This document shows positions 17,948-29,222 of a stretch of 64,000 nt of DNA, one piece after another; positions within the stretch are counted from its first letter, which is position 1; each line of letters starts with the position of its first letter. This DNA comes from Macrostomum lignano. Its lineage: Eukaryota. A program made the translations under genes and the position numbers. The stretch covers positions 1 to 64,000 of the forward strand of contig NIVC01002420.1 in NCBI GenBank assembly GCA_002269645.1. Direction: 5' to 3'. The notes beneath the pieces are model-generated. The model made no database searches. It was not told the origin of the DNA and worked only from the letters and a program-made list of their open reading frames with translations.

Positions 17948-18461
17948 TAACTGATTAGCATAGTATTGATGAATTTTATCGGATTCCTAATGATGAATTT
18001 GGCCTAATTAGGAGGGAGCAGCGTGTAAAGAAATAATCCAAGCAAAGTACAGTCAGAATGGACACATTTCTGAGGGCCGAATACTCATCAGTTCTGTTCT
18101 ATTTATAGACTGCCTGAGCTTCCGCAAGGCATAGTAGATGATGAACACACTATTTAACATATCCGATAGTGCCATGAATGTTATCTTAGAGAAATAGAAT
18201 TCACCAAGCCGATCCAAAAATTTGGTATCGTCATAAAAATATGAATTAAAAATGAACGCAAAATTACTTGAGCAAGCAGATTGATATTTTTAGTGCCCAT
18301 ATTTGTAAGTGCTATCAGTACGAAAGCAGACAATTAAGGTTATTTGTTGGGTGGGGAATTTCCATCAAAGAACACGGGTATCAAAATGATTCTTAACGCG
18401 CTCTTGCTGTTGAGCACGTGACACAACTGCTAAATTGTAATTATCAGACATGTGGCATGGC

Positions 18462-18841
18462 AGCCCTAATTAAATAATCAGCAGGTGCAGGTGCACGGCA
18501 GCCCTAAATAAATAATTAGATAGGTGCACGGCAGCCCTAATTAAATAATTAGACAGGTGGCACGGCAGCTCTAATTAAATAATCAGATAGGTGCACGGCA
18601 GCCCTAATTAAATGATCAAACAGGTGGCCCAGCAGCCCTAATTAAATAATCAGACAGGTGGCCCAGCAGCCCTAATTAAATAATCAGATAGGTGCACGGC
18701 AGCCCTAATTAAATAATCAAACAGGTGGCCCAGCAGCCCTAATTAAATAATCAGACAGGTGGCCCAGCAGCCCTAATTAAATAATCGGCAGGTGCACAGC
18801 AGCCCTAATTAAATAATCAAACAGGTGGCCCAGTAGCCCTA
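18462..18841. repeat. About 37-bp minisatellite (gcagccctaattaaataatcagacaggtg...)
   Basis: About 10 tandem degenerate copies. Confidence 0.93.
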
Positions 18842-19827
18842 GCTACGTACGTAATTATCAGATAAAATGGTCATAGGGTAAAGTACATGTGTTCTTTAAA
18901 AGGACTTTTTCCCGAGTGCACGGCACTAAATGAGATTTTACCATAGACAGAGAAGCGAAAAATCTGTCTATGAAAAATACATGAAAGGGATTATGTACAA
19001 TTTCTATTAAATTGAGCCCATTAAATTTTGTCCATATAGTTCCAATGGTCCTTGTATGAATAAAATAGAATAACTAATAATTGTGAGAATCGATGTAGCC
19101 AGTTAGTTACCGACGCCTTAACTATTAATATAGTTAATCGTTTTCGCAGCTTCTAGTAGCTATTATATATTATATATTAATTCCCACAATTTGCATTCCA
19201 TCAACGATCGCAACAGTCACCCTTGTGCAATTCTTAGCATGCACTCGTGAATATATACTTCTGACAGAAAGAATGGCTTAGGCGATGGGGGGATGGGAGG
19301 GGTTTCTGTGCCATGGAATATTCTGATAAATCACAGTCTGTGTGCGTCACAGAGAGGGGAGGAGAGGGAGAATCGCACCCACCAGAAACAGCTCCATCCA
19401 CCCCCGCATTCCACAGCGCATCCGTTCTAGTTAGTTAAGACTTCAACTTGTATCGTTATTGTACTATAAACATTAGCTGCACTTAATATTTTGCCTATGT
19501 AGTAATAAACGCCAACTATAAACATAACTGAAACCTTTTTTGCCATCCAAGCTTTCTTGGAATTCAAAAAATGCGGTTAGCAAAAGTATGGGAAAAAAGT
19601 AATAATTATGCATCTTCAAGAACCTTATCATGAGATAAACAATTTTATAAGCTGTTTACTGTCTTTAAAGTCCAACTGCACTTCTATTCTAATTATTTTT
19701 TAATCTGCGTGAAAATGAAACAATCTTTTATTGATAATGGATCGTAAATTTGTACTTTGTTTACAATTTAAAATAATTCAGTCAAAAGTAAGGAAGTGAA
19801 AAATGTTACCGAAGCTGGTAATGGTGT

Positions 19828-20617
19828 AAGTCTATGGTAAAAACTCAATGCTGATGTCTATATAGTCCAATTATCATGACCGAAGCCGATAAGTGTGTTA
19901 ATAGTCTATGGTAAAAATGGATGCTGCTGTGCAACCTTCTTTGTGCTGATGTCTATGGCCCAATTATCATGACCGAAGCCGATAAGTGTGTTAATAGTCT
20001 ATGGTAAAAATGGATGCTGCTGTGCAACCTTCTTTGTGTTGATGTCTATGGCCCAATTATCATGACCGAAGCCGATAAGTGTGTTAATAGTCTATGGTAA
20101 AAATGGATGCTGCTGTGCAACCTTCTTTGTGCTGATGTCTATGGCCCAATTATCATGACCGAAGCCGATAAGTGTGTTAATAGTCTATGGTAAAAATGGA
20201 TGCTGCTGTGCAACCTTCTTTGTGCTGATGTCTATGGCCCAATTATCATGACCGAAGCCGATAAGTGTGTTAATAGTCTATGGTAAAAATGGATGCTGCT
20301 GTGCAACCTTCTTTGTGCTGATGTCTATGGCCCAATTATCATGACCGAAGCCGATAAGTGTGTTAATAGTCTATGGTAAAAATGGATGCTGCTGTGCAAC
20401 CTTCTTTGTGCTGATGTCTATGGCCCAATTATCATGACCGAAGCCGATAAGTGTGTTAATAGTCTATGGTAAAAATGGATGCTGCTGTGCAACCTTCTTT
20501 GTGCTGATGTCTATGGCCCAATTATCATGACCGAAGCCGATAAGTGTGTTAATAGTCTATGGTAAAAATGGATGCTGCTGTGCAACCTTCTTTGTGCTGA
20601 TGTCTATGGCCCAATTA
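19828..20617. repeat. 93-bp tandem repeat, about 8 copies
   Basis: gtctatggtaaaaatgg recurs at 19904, 19997, 20090 and onward, a period of 93; copies near-identical. Confidence 0.97.
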
Positions 20618-21092
20618 TCAACAATTGATTGGCAGTATTGTCTATGCCCAAGCGCAGTTCTGAGGCAGTGGCTACTGCTGCAGCCAATTGGGATTGTCCA
20701 CCTCGATCGGCTTAATGACCAACTTGACTTAACAAAATACGAGCGCTTTCTTGCTTTATTTGAAATTCGGCTAGCAGTAGAAAACTGAGAAAGCCTTATC
20801 TACCAATCAGTTTCTTCAGTGAACCCCCGCCCCAGGCCTCCAGTGAAATTTGCACAATCTGCGAGTGCAGTGACCTTTTAGTTTAGTTGTCCATGATAGC
20901 TGCTCTCGTCCAATCATCTCACCCCATACTCCCCGATATCTGAGATTGTTCATTCCTCCAATCCAACCAAGTCCCAATACATTTAGCAATCCGTGACAGA
21001 AGATTCCCCAAGAAAATCCTTCCATTTCAGATTCCGAGACCACGTGATGTATGGAATTTTTTGCTCTTCTAAAATTAGACTCCGATTGTGAC

Positions 21093-21130
21093 TATAAATA
21101 CCGCCACAATTGGAGGCTGTCAGCAGTCAG
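21093..21130 (+). promoter_or_regulatory. TATA box + initiator-like site
   Basis: TATAAATA at 21093-21100 and gcAgtc with the A at 21125, about 90 nt upstream of the ATG at 21216. Confidence 0.6.
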
Positions 21131-21215
21131 CTCGGAGAGAAACGCACGCAAAGATTAACAGGCCTACTACGGGTATACAACAGCTTTGGAAACCGATAAA
21201 AATACAGCCATCATA

Positions 21216-22092
21216 ATGAGCAGACACATCAAATTATTTAGCCTGCCTCTGCTACTGCTTCTTCTACCGGCGCTTCTAAATGTTGGTAAGTTGCGCTACT
21301 TTTAGCTTTAACTTATATCGACGCTATAATATCCTTGAATTTCGTCCTCCATTCCAGGCGTCACATGTCTCTTAATCCGTCTAAGACGTTCATTTCAGAC
21401 GTCACATGTCTCTTAATCCGTCTAAGACGTTCATTCCAGACGTCACATGTCTCTTAACCAGCCAAAAAACGTTTTTTCCAGACGTCACATGCATCTCACC
21501 AAAAACTTTCATTCCAGACGTCAAATGTCGCTAACCCGTCCGAGACGTTCATTCCAGACGTCATATGTCTCTTAACCCATCCAAGACGTTCATTCCAGAC
21601 GTCACATGTCGCCAACCCACCAAAAACGTTCATTCCAGACGCTATGTCTCTAGCCCGTCTAAAACGTTCGAATAGCCGGACTTACGAGCCGCACGAAATT
21701 GATCCCAGCCTGACTAAGTTCAACGAGGACTGCCCGAACGGCTATATCGCCTACAAAAAGTTTAACACCAGTAAGGCTATAACCGCTTGGCATTTGCTTT
21801 TTCTACAAAAAATGGGACAATAAGATGACGCTTAGTTTATTTTCATATATTATCCATTTCAGCCACTGGAGTTTTCGACTGCGCTATCAGAACAGCGGAG
21901 ATCTGCCTGGTTCTGTGTCGGCTAGTCGAGAGCGGCAACTGGGACATGACTAATCCCCTGTCCCCGCTTGACCCGCGAGAATTTGACGGCTGGTACTGCC
22001 GAGCGTTGCCCAGTTACCCGACCAGGCCTTGCTTCTATAAGTCCTACGACGAGACTAGACACGACGTTCTGGAGATGCTCGGCTATGAGTAA
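21216..22092 (+). CDS. Small secreted protein with 6 Cys and a dibasic KR site (143 aa), unknown family
   Basis: Exons 21216-21285, 21639-21770 (alternative in-frame acceptor at 21654) and 21863-22092; GT-AG, phase 1/1, 432 nt open. MSRHIKLFSLPLLLLLLPALLNVDAMSLARLKRSNSRTYEPHEIDPSLTKFNEDCPNGYIAYKKFNTTTGVFDCAIRTAEICLVLCRLVESGNWDMTNPLSPLDPREFDGWYCRALPSYPTRPCFYKSYDETRHDVLEMLGYE*. Confidence 0.8.
21340..21665. repeat. About 41-bp minisatellite (ttcattccagacgtcacatgtctcttaatccgtctaagacg) in intron 1
   Basis: About 8 degenerate copies; the last copy overlaps the exon 2 acceptor. Confidence 0.9.
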
Positions 22093-22719
22093 ATCTGATT
22101 TGCACTGAGAGCAGCACAACTCATATGCTAGCAATGCAGCAGCTTGATGAACCAAATCTCAATACGAGTAATCACAATATACTAAATCTTAATATGCTAA
22201 ACTTGCGACACAGCTCTTGTACCAACCACCGAATTTTGCAAAAGAAAACAACTATTTATTCTGAGAAACGCGACGGCTAAATAAAGTTAACCGAGCATTA
22301 GCTCTTTGATGAGACAGCTTTGAAGCAACAGTTCATTGCGGCAGATTAACATTTATAAATCAATTTTTTGTTATACTGAACTGTGACGATTTTTCGCATT
22401 AAGACAAGGTTGCAAAATTGTCGGGTCGGTAAATATTTTTGCAATCATTTTGATTAATTTAAAGTATCAATCGATTTTCGATTAAAAGATGAGTGGCAAC
22501 AATTGAAAGGCGTATGCGAAATCAGCCTTCTGTGATAGCGTGAATACTAGCAAAATATTGCATAGCTAAAAATCAAAATGCATAGCTGGAATTGACTGCC
22601 ACACTGCCTCCTCAGTAGTTACTATGGCGACATAATTATTTTCACCTATCCCTGATGGTTGCAGTGCGTGGGAAATGGAAATTTACTCTCTCTAGTGTGT
22701 GTTGTAGGGGCGGAGAAAT

Positions 22720-23160
22720 ATCCATTGAGTGTTTTGGGGGCGGAAAACTCTCTCTTGTGTGTTTTGGGGGCGGAAAACTCTCTCTAGTGTGTGTGTTTTG
22801 GGGCGGAAAACTCTCTCTTGTGTGTTTTGGGGGCGGAAAACTCTTTCTTGTATGTTTTGGGGGCGGAAAACTCTCTCTTGTGTGTTTTGGGGGCGGAAAA
22901 CTCTCTCTTGTGTGTTTTGGGGGCGGAAAACTCTCTCTTGTGTGTTTTGGGGGCGGAAAACTCTCTCTTGTGTGTTTTGGGGGCGAAAAACTCTCTCCTG
23001 TGTGTTTTGGGGGCGGAAAACTCTCTATAGTGTGTGTGTTTTGGGGCGGAAAACTCTCTTGTGTGTGTGTGTGTGTTTGGGGGCTGCAAACCTTCTCTTG
23101 TGTGTTTTTGGGGGGCGGAAAACCCTCCCTTGTGTGTTTTTGGGGGGCGGAAAACCCTTC
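22720..23160. repeat. 30-bp minisatellite (gggcggaaaactctctcttgtgtgttttgg)n
   Basis: Tandem copies; the GGGKLSLVCF ORF is its translation. Confidence 0.96.
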
Positions 23161-23684
23161 GTGTTTTTTTGAGGAGCGGAAAATTTCGTTTTGTGGGATT
23201 TTTTAGGCGGAATCCCCTCGCGAAGAACGCACGCAAAGATTCAGGCAAGAAATCCACGCCCGGTATTTTTATCATGAGGCATGTGAAGGTGCCCTCTCGC
23301 AATTAGATAAATTTATGAGTTACCGTATTCCAAGGAACTTGACACACTCTTCCACCTTTTTATTTCTACTTTACCGCTATAAATGTCTAATTATCGCATT
23401 CCTAAGCAGCATGTTCAAGCGTAGTACTTTTTCAGCTAAAAGTTCAAATTAGTAGATTAACATTAATCACAAGTTCTAGGTATAATCTATTTCTGTCTCT
23501 GCTGAAGACTTTTCTAACCGCGCAATACCTGCATAGATCGATACCACCAGCAAAAGTATTTGCGGATGTTACATAACTCAAGTCGAGTACTTAACACGCG
23601 CCTCAAACTTCATCCCGTTACTATGTGCAACCTCTAAATGTTGTTGACTATCTAAGTCTAAAAGTTAAGCTAAGCGCAAGAGCT

Positions 23685-24230
23685 ACAGGTAACACTCCTA
23701 TCTAACAGGTGACACTCCTGTCTAACAGGTGACACTCCTGTCTAACAGGTAACACTCCTATCTAACAGGTGACACTCCTGTCTAACAGGTAACACTCCTA
23801 TCTAACAGGTGACACTCCTGTCTAACAGGTGACAATCCTGTCTAACAGGTGACACTCCTGTCTAACAGGTGACACTCCTATCTAACAGGTGACACTCCTG
23901 TCTAACAGGTGACAATCCTGTCTAACAGGTGACACTCCTGTCTAACAGGTGACACTTCTGTTTAACGGGTAGCAATCCTGTCTAACAGGTGAAACTCCTG
24001 TCTAACAGGTGGCACTCCTGTCTAACAGGTGACACTCCTGTCTAACAGGTGACACTTCTGTTTAACGGGTAGCAATCCTGTCTAACAGGTGAAACTCCTG
24101 TCTAACAGGTGACACTCCTGTCTAACAAGTGACACTTCTGTTTAACGGGTAGCAATCCTGTCTAACAGGTGAAACTCCTGTCTAACAGGTGACACTCCTG
24201 TCTAACAGGTGACACTTCTGTATAACAGGT
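23685..24230. repeat. 20-bp minisatellite (tctaacaggtgacactcctg)n, block 1
   Basis: Direct inspection. Confidence 0.97.
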
Positions 24231-25127
24231 ATCATTTTTCAATGATTTCAATGATGATGCAATTATAACTGACCTTGTTGATTTCACATGTAACGCATTC
24301 CCATAAAAACCGATACAGATCCCTTCTATTTAAGATTCTTCCGGTCAGACAACTGTAAAACAGGAGCAGGATAATGAAAAAGAAGGCAAAGGAAATTAAT
24401 TAGACAGAACAACAGACCAGTAAATGAGTTTCTTTACAAAAGAGAATAGATTGATAGATAGATCGTAATAGATTGATATACAAGCACCTAACAGTGTACA
24501 TGTAATAGGAACAAGCCCATTCAAAGCCAATTAACTGAATGAGTGACGGAGGAACCCATCGCCATCCTCCCATTTCCTATGCACGTCTTTGGCAGGGAAA
24601 TCGAAACGCCCACGCACTCCAACAAATTATAATCCCTCTAAGCACTGCGCCTCCCGCGCCGGGTAAGACACAATTGACAATGCAATTTAGAAATTTGTTT
24701 TGATTTTAATCTCACTGATGCATCCGTTCCCCGCTACTCTCTTCGGTACCCGCTGCCCTCTCAGTCTAATTGAAATAATGAAATTGAATGTACAATTTTT
24801 GCAAAAACAAATTAACCTAAATATGTTGACATTCTTACTGTAAGTAGCGCTTTCCGAATAAATAAAACTTTTTTATGAGAGCTGACTGAGTCCTAAAAAA
24901 GAAACAGAACACTAAAACAAAAAATGACAAGACAATAAGAATGCAGTGGATTTTTTTCAAGGAAAACGTTGTGTTTTTCACTTTTATCCATGATTCCATA
25001 GAAATAGAATATTAATGAACAAAGGTGTAATAAACATATTTATTTATATTTCTACCAATAATTACTAATGAGATTTATCAGCATATGCCTTTTTGATTTT
25101 CAGGTGCAAAAATTAATCAAAAAGGTC

Positions 25128-26155
25128 CTGTTTAACAGGTGACACTCTTGTCTAACAAGTGAAACTCCTGTCTAACAAGTGACACTCCTGTCTAACAAGT
25201 GACACTCCTGTCTAACAGGTGACACTCCTGTCTAACAGGTGACACTCCTGTCTAACATGTGACACTCCTGTCTAACAAGTGACACTCCTGTCTAACAAGT
25301 GACACTCCTGTCTAACAGGTGACACTCTTGTCTAACAGGTGACACTCCTGTCTAACAGGTGACACTCCTGTCTAACAAGTGACACTCCTGTCTAACAGGT
25401 GACACTCTTGTCTAACAGGTGACACTCCTGTCTAACAGGTGACACTCTTGTCTAACAGGTGACACTCCTGTCTAACAGGTGACACTCTTGTCTAACAGGT
25501 GACACTCCTGTCTAACAGGTGACACTCCTGTCTAACAGGTGACACTCCTGTCTAACAGGTGACACTCTTGTCTAACAGGTGACACTCCTGTCTAACAGGT
25601 GACACTCCTGTCTAACAGGTGACAGCTTTGTCTAACAGGTAACACCACTTTTATCTAACAGGTGACACTCCTGTCTAACAGGTGACACTCCTGTCTAACA
25701 GGTGACACTCTTGTCTAACAGGTGACACTCCTGTCTAACAGGTGACACTCTTGTCTAACAGGTGACACTCTTGTCTAACAGGTGACACTCCTGTCTAACA
25801 GGTGACACTCCTGTCTAACAGGTGACACTCCTGTCTAACAGGTGACACTCTTGTCTAACAGGTGACACTCCTGTCTAACAGGTGACACTCCTGTCTAACA
25901 GGTGACAGCTTTGTCTAACAGGTAACACCACTTTTATCTAACAGGTGACACTCCTGTCTAACAGGTGACACTCCTGTCTAACAGGTGACAGCTTTGTCTA
26001 ACAGGTAACACCACTTTTATCTAACAGGTGACACTCCTGTCTAACAGGTGACACTCCTGTCTAACAGGTAACACTCCTGTCTAACAGGTAACACTCCTGT
26101 CTAACAGGTGCCAGCCTTGTCTAACAGCTGACAGCCCTGTCTAACAGGTGGTAAT
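25128..26155. repeat. 20-bp minisatellite (tctaacaggtgacactcctg)n, block 2
   Basis: Same unit as block 1, separated from it by about 900 bp of unique sequence. Confidence 0.97.
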
Positions 26156-26639
26156 CTAACAAGCTGTGCAAAAAGCATCTAAAATTTCAATTGACGATAC
26201 GCTCGTACCTCATTGCACTCTTCACACAAAATATTAAATAAACAAAAATTATAAAACCATTTTTAACATATTGCACTGGACACAAGCATTTTTACGTTAT
26301 TAATTTTTATGAATATTTTTCTTTTACAATAAAACAAAATAATGAGCGAACGAAAAAATCTCAAAACTAAAGACGTAACACTTAAAAAAACGAATTTTCT
26401 AAAACAAAAAGTTAAAGTAATACGCACTGGCTTTCATTGGAAGCTGATTAGTTATTATAAAATTATAATACAGATTTGTAAATCTATTAGTAGGATATAT
26501 ACGAACTATAGTAGTAGGTTGTAATATTGATTTACGCGCAGAAAAAACGTAAATTCACATTTTAACTAATATATTAAGACATTTGATTGCTTCTACAGCG
26601 CTGGTAGAATAAAATAGCAAATTTTTCATATGCATTTTC

Positions 26640-29098
26640 ATACAGATATGAAAGTGATTCTCATAAAGATTAAGGGCCACTCTCCTGAAGATTTGAAGGC
26701 GATTCTCATGGAGATTTAAGGGCAATTTTTACAGAGATATGAGGGTGATTCTTATGGAGACTTGAGGGCGATTCTTATGGAGACTTGAGGGCGATCTCAT
26801 GGGGATTTGAGGGCGATTCTCATGGAGATTTGAGGGCGATTCTCATGGAGATTTGAGAGTGATTCTCATGGAGATTTGAGGGCGATTCTCACAGTGATTT
26901 GAGAGTGATTCTCATGGAGATTTGAGGGCGATTCTCATGGAGATTTGAGGGCGATTCTCATGGAGATTTGAGGGCGATTCTCATGGAGATTTGAAAGTGA
27001 TTCTCATGGAGATTTGAGGGCGATTCTCATGGAGATTCGAGGGCGATTCTCATAAAGATTTGAGAGTGATTCTCATGGAGATTTGAGGGCGATTCTCATG
27101 GAGATTCGAGGGCGATTCTCATAAAGATTTGAGAGTGATTCTCATGGAGATTTGAGGGCGATTCTCATGGAGATTTGAAGGCGATTCTCATGGAGATTTG
27201 AGGGCGATTCTCATGGAGGTTTGAGGGCGATTCTCATGGAGATTTGAGGGCGATTCTCATAAAGATTTGAGAGTGATTCTCATGGAGATTTGAGGGCGAT
27301 TCTCACAGTGATTTGAGGGCGATTCTCACAGTGATTTGAGGGCGACTCTCATGGAGATTTGAGGGCGATTCTCATGGAGATTTGAGGGCGATTCTCACAG
27401 TGATTTGAGGGCGATTCTCATGGAGATTTGAGGGCGATTCTCATGGAGATTTGAGGGCGATTCTCATGGAGATTTGAGGGCGATTCTCATGGAGATTCGA
27501 GGGCGATTCTCATGGAGATTTGAGGGCGATTCTCATGGAGATTTGAGGGCGATTCTCATGGAGATTTGAGGGCGATTCTCATGGAGATTTGAAAGTGATT
27601 TTCATGGAGATTTGAGGGCGATTCTCATGGAGATTTGAGGGCGATTCTCACAGTGATTTGAGGGCGATTCTCATGGAGATTTGAGGGCGATTCTCATGGA
27701 GATTTGAGGGCGATTCTCATGGAGATTTGAGGGCGATTCTCATGGAGATTTGAGGGCGATTCTCATGGAGATTCGAGGGCGATTCTCACAGTGATTTGAG
27801 AGTGATTCTCATGGAGATTTGAGGGCGATTCTCATGGAGATTTGAGGGCGATTCTCATGGAGATTTGAGGGCGATTCTCATGGAGATTTGAGGGCGATTC
27901 TCATGGAGATTTGAGAGTGATTCTCATGGAGATTTGAGGGCGATTCTCATGGAGATTTGAGGGCGATTCTCATGGAGATTTGAGGGCGATTCTCATGGAG
28001 ATTTGAGGGCGATTCTCATAAAGATTTGAGAGCGATTCTCATGGAGATTTGAGGGCGATTCTCATGGAGATTTGAGGGCGATTCTCATAAAGATTTGAGA
28101 GTGATTCTCATGGAGATTTGAGGGCGATTCTCATGGAGATTTGAGGGCGATTCTCATGGAGATTTGAGAGTGATTCTCATGGAGATTTGAGGGCGATTCT
28201 CATGGAGATTTGAGGGCGATTCTCATAAAGATTTGAGTGATTCTCATGGAGATTTGAGGGCGATTCTCATGGAGATTTGAGGGCGATTCTCATAAAGATT
28301 TGAGAGTGATTCTCATGGAGATTTGAGGGCGATTCTCATGGAGATTTGAAGGCGATTCTCATGGAGATTTGAGGGCGATTCTCATGGAGGTTTGAGGGCG
28401 ATTCTCATGGAGATTTGAGGGCGATTCTCATAAAGATTTGAGAGTGATTCTCATGGAGATTTGAGGGCGATTCTCACAGTGATTTGAGGGCGATTCTCAC
28501 AGTGATTTGAGGGCGACTCTCATGGAGATTTGAGGGCGATTCTCATGGAGATTTGAGGGCGATTCTCACAGTGATTTGAGGGCGATTCTCATGGAGATTT
28601 GAGGGCGATTCTCATGGAGATTTGAGGGCGATTCTCATGGAGATTTGAGGGCGATTCTCATGGAGATTCGAGGGCGATTCTCATGGAGATTTGAGGGCGA
28701 TTCTCATGGAGATTTGAGAGTGATTCTCATGGAGATTTGAGGGCGATTCTCATAAAGATTTGAGAGTGATTCTCATGGAGATTTGAGGGCGATTCTCATG
28801 GAAATTTAAGGGCGATTCTCATGGAGATTTGAGGGCGATTCTCATGGAGATTTGAGGGCGATTCTCATGGAGATTTGAGGGCGATTCTCATAAAGATTTG
28901 AGAGTGATTCTCATGGAGATTTGAGGGCGATTCTCATGGAGATTTGAGGGCGATTCTCATGGAGATTTGAGAGTGATTCTCATGGAGATTTGAGGGCGAT
29001 TCTCATGGAGATTTGAGGGCGATTCTCATGGAGATTTGAGGGCGATTCTCATAAAGATTTGAGAGTGATTCTCATGGAGATTTGAGGGCGATTCTCAT
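26640..29098. repeat. 23-bp minisatellite (ctcatggagatttgagggcgatt)n, about 100 copies
   Basis: Period of 23 checked; variant units (cataaagatttgagagt, cacagtgattt) recur. Confidence 0.98.
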
Positions 29099-29222
29099 TC
29101 GAAAAACAAGACTGATCGTTAAATTAATAATTAATTTCAGTAGGAATTCTTCTAATAGTACACACTATTCTTAATAACTATATTATACGGTATAGTTAAG
29201 CTTTAAAATTAATTTATATAGT

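Noticed and set aside
19828-20617. Possible CRISPR-like array
   Set aside because: Units are identical end to end with no unique spacers; eukaryotic context and no cas genes.
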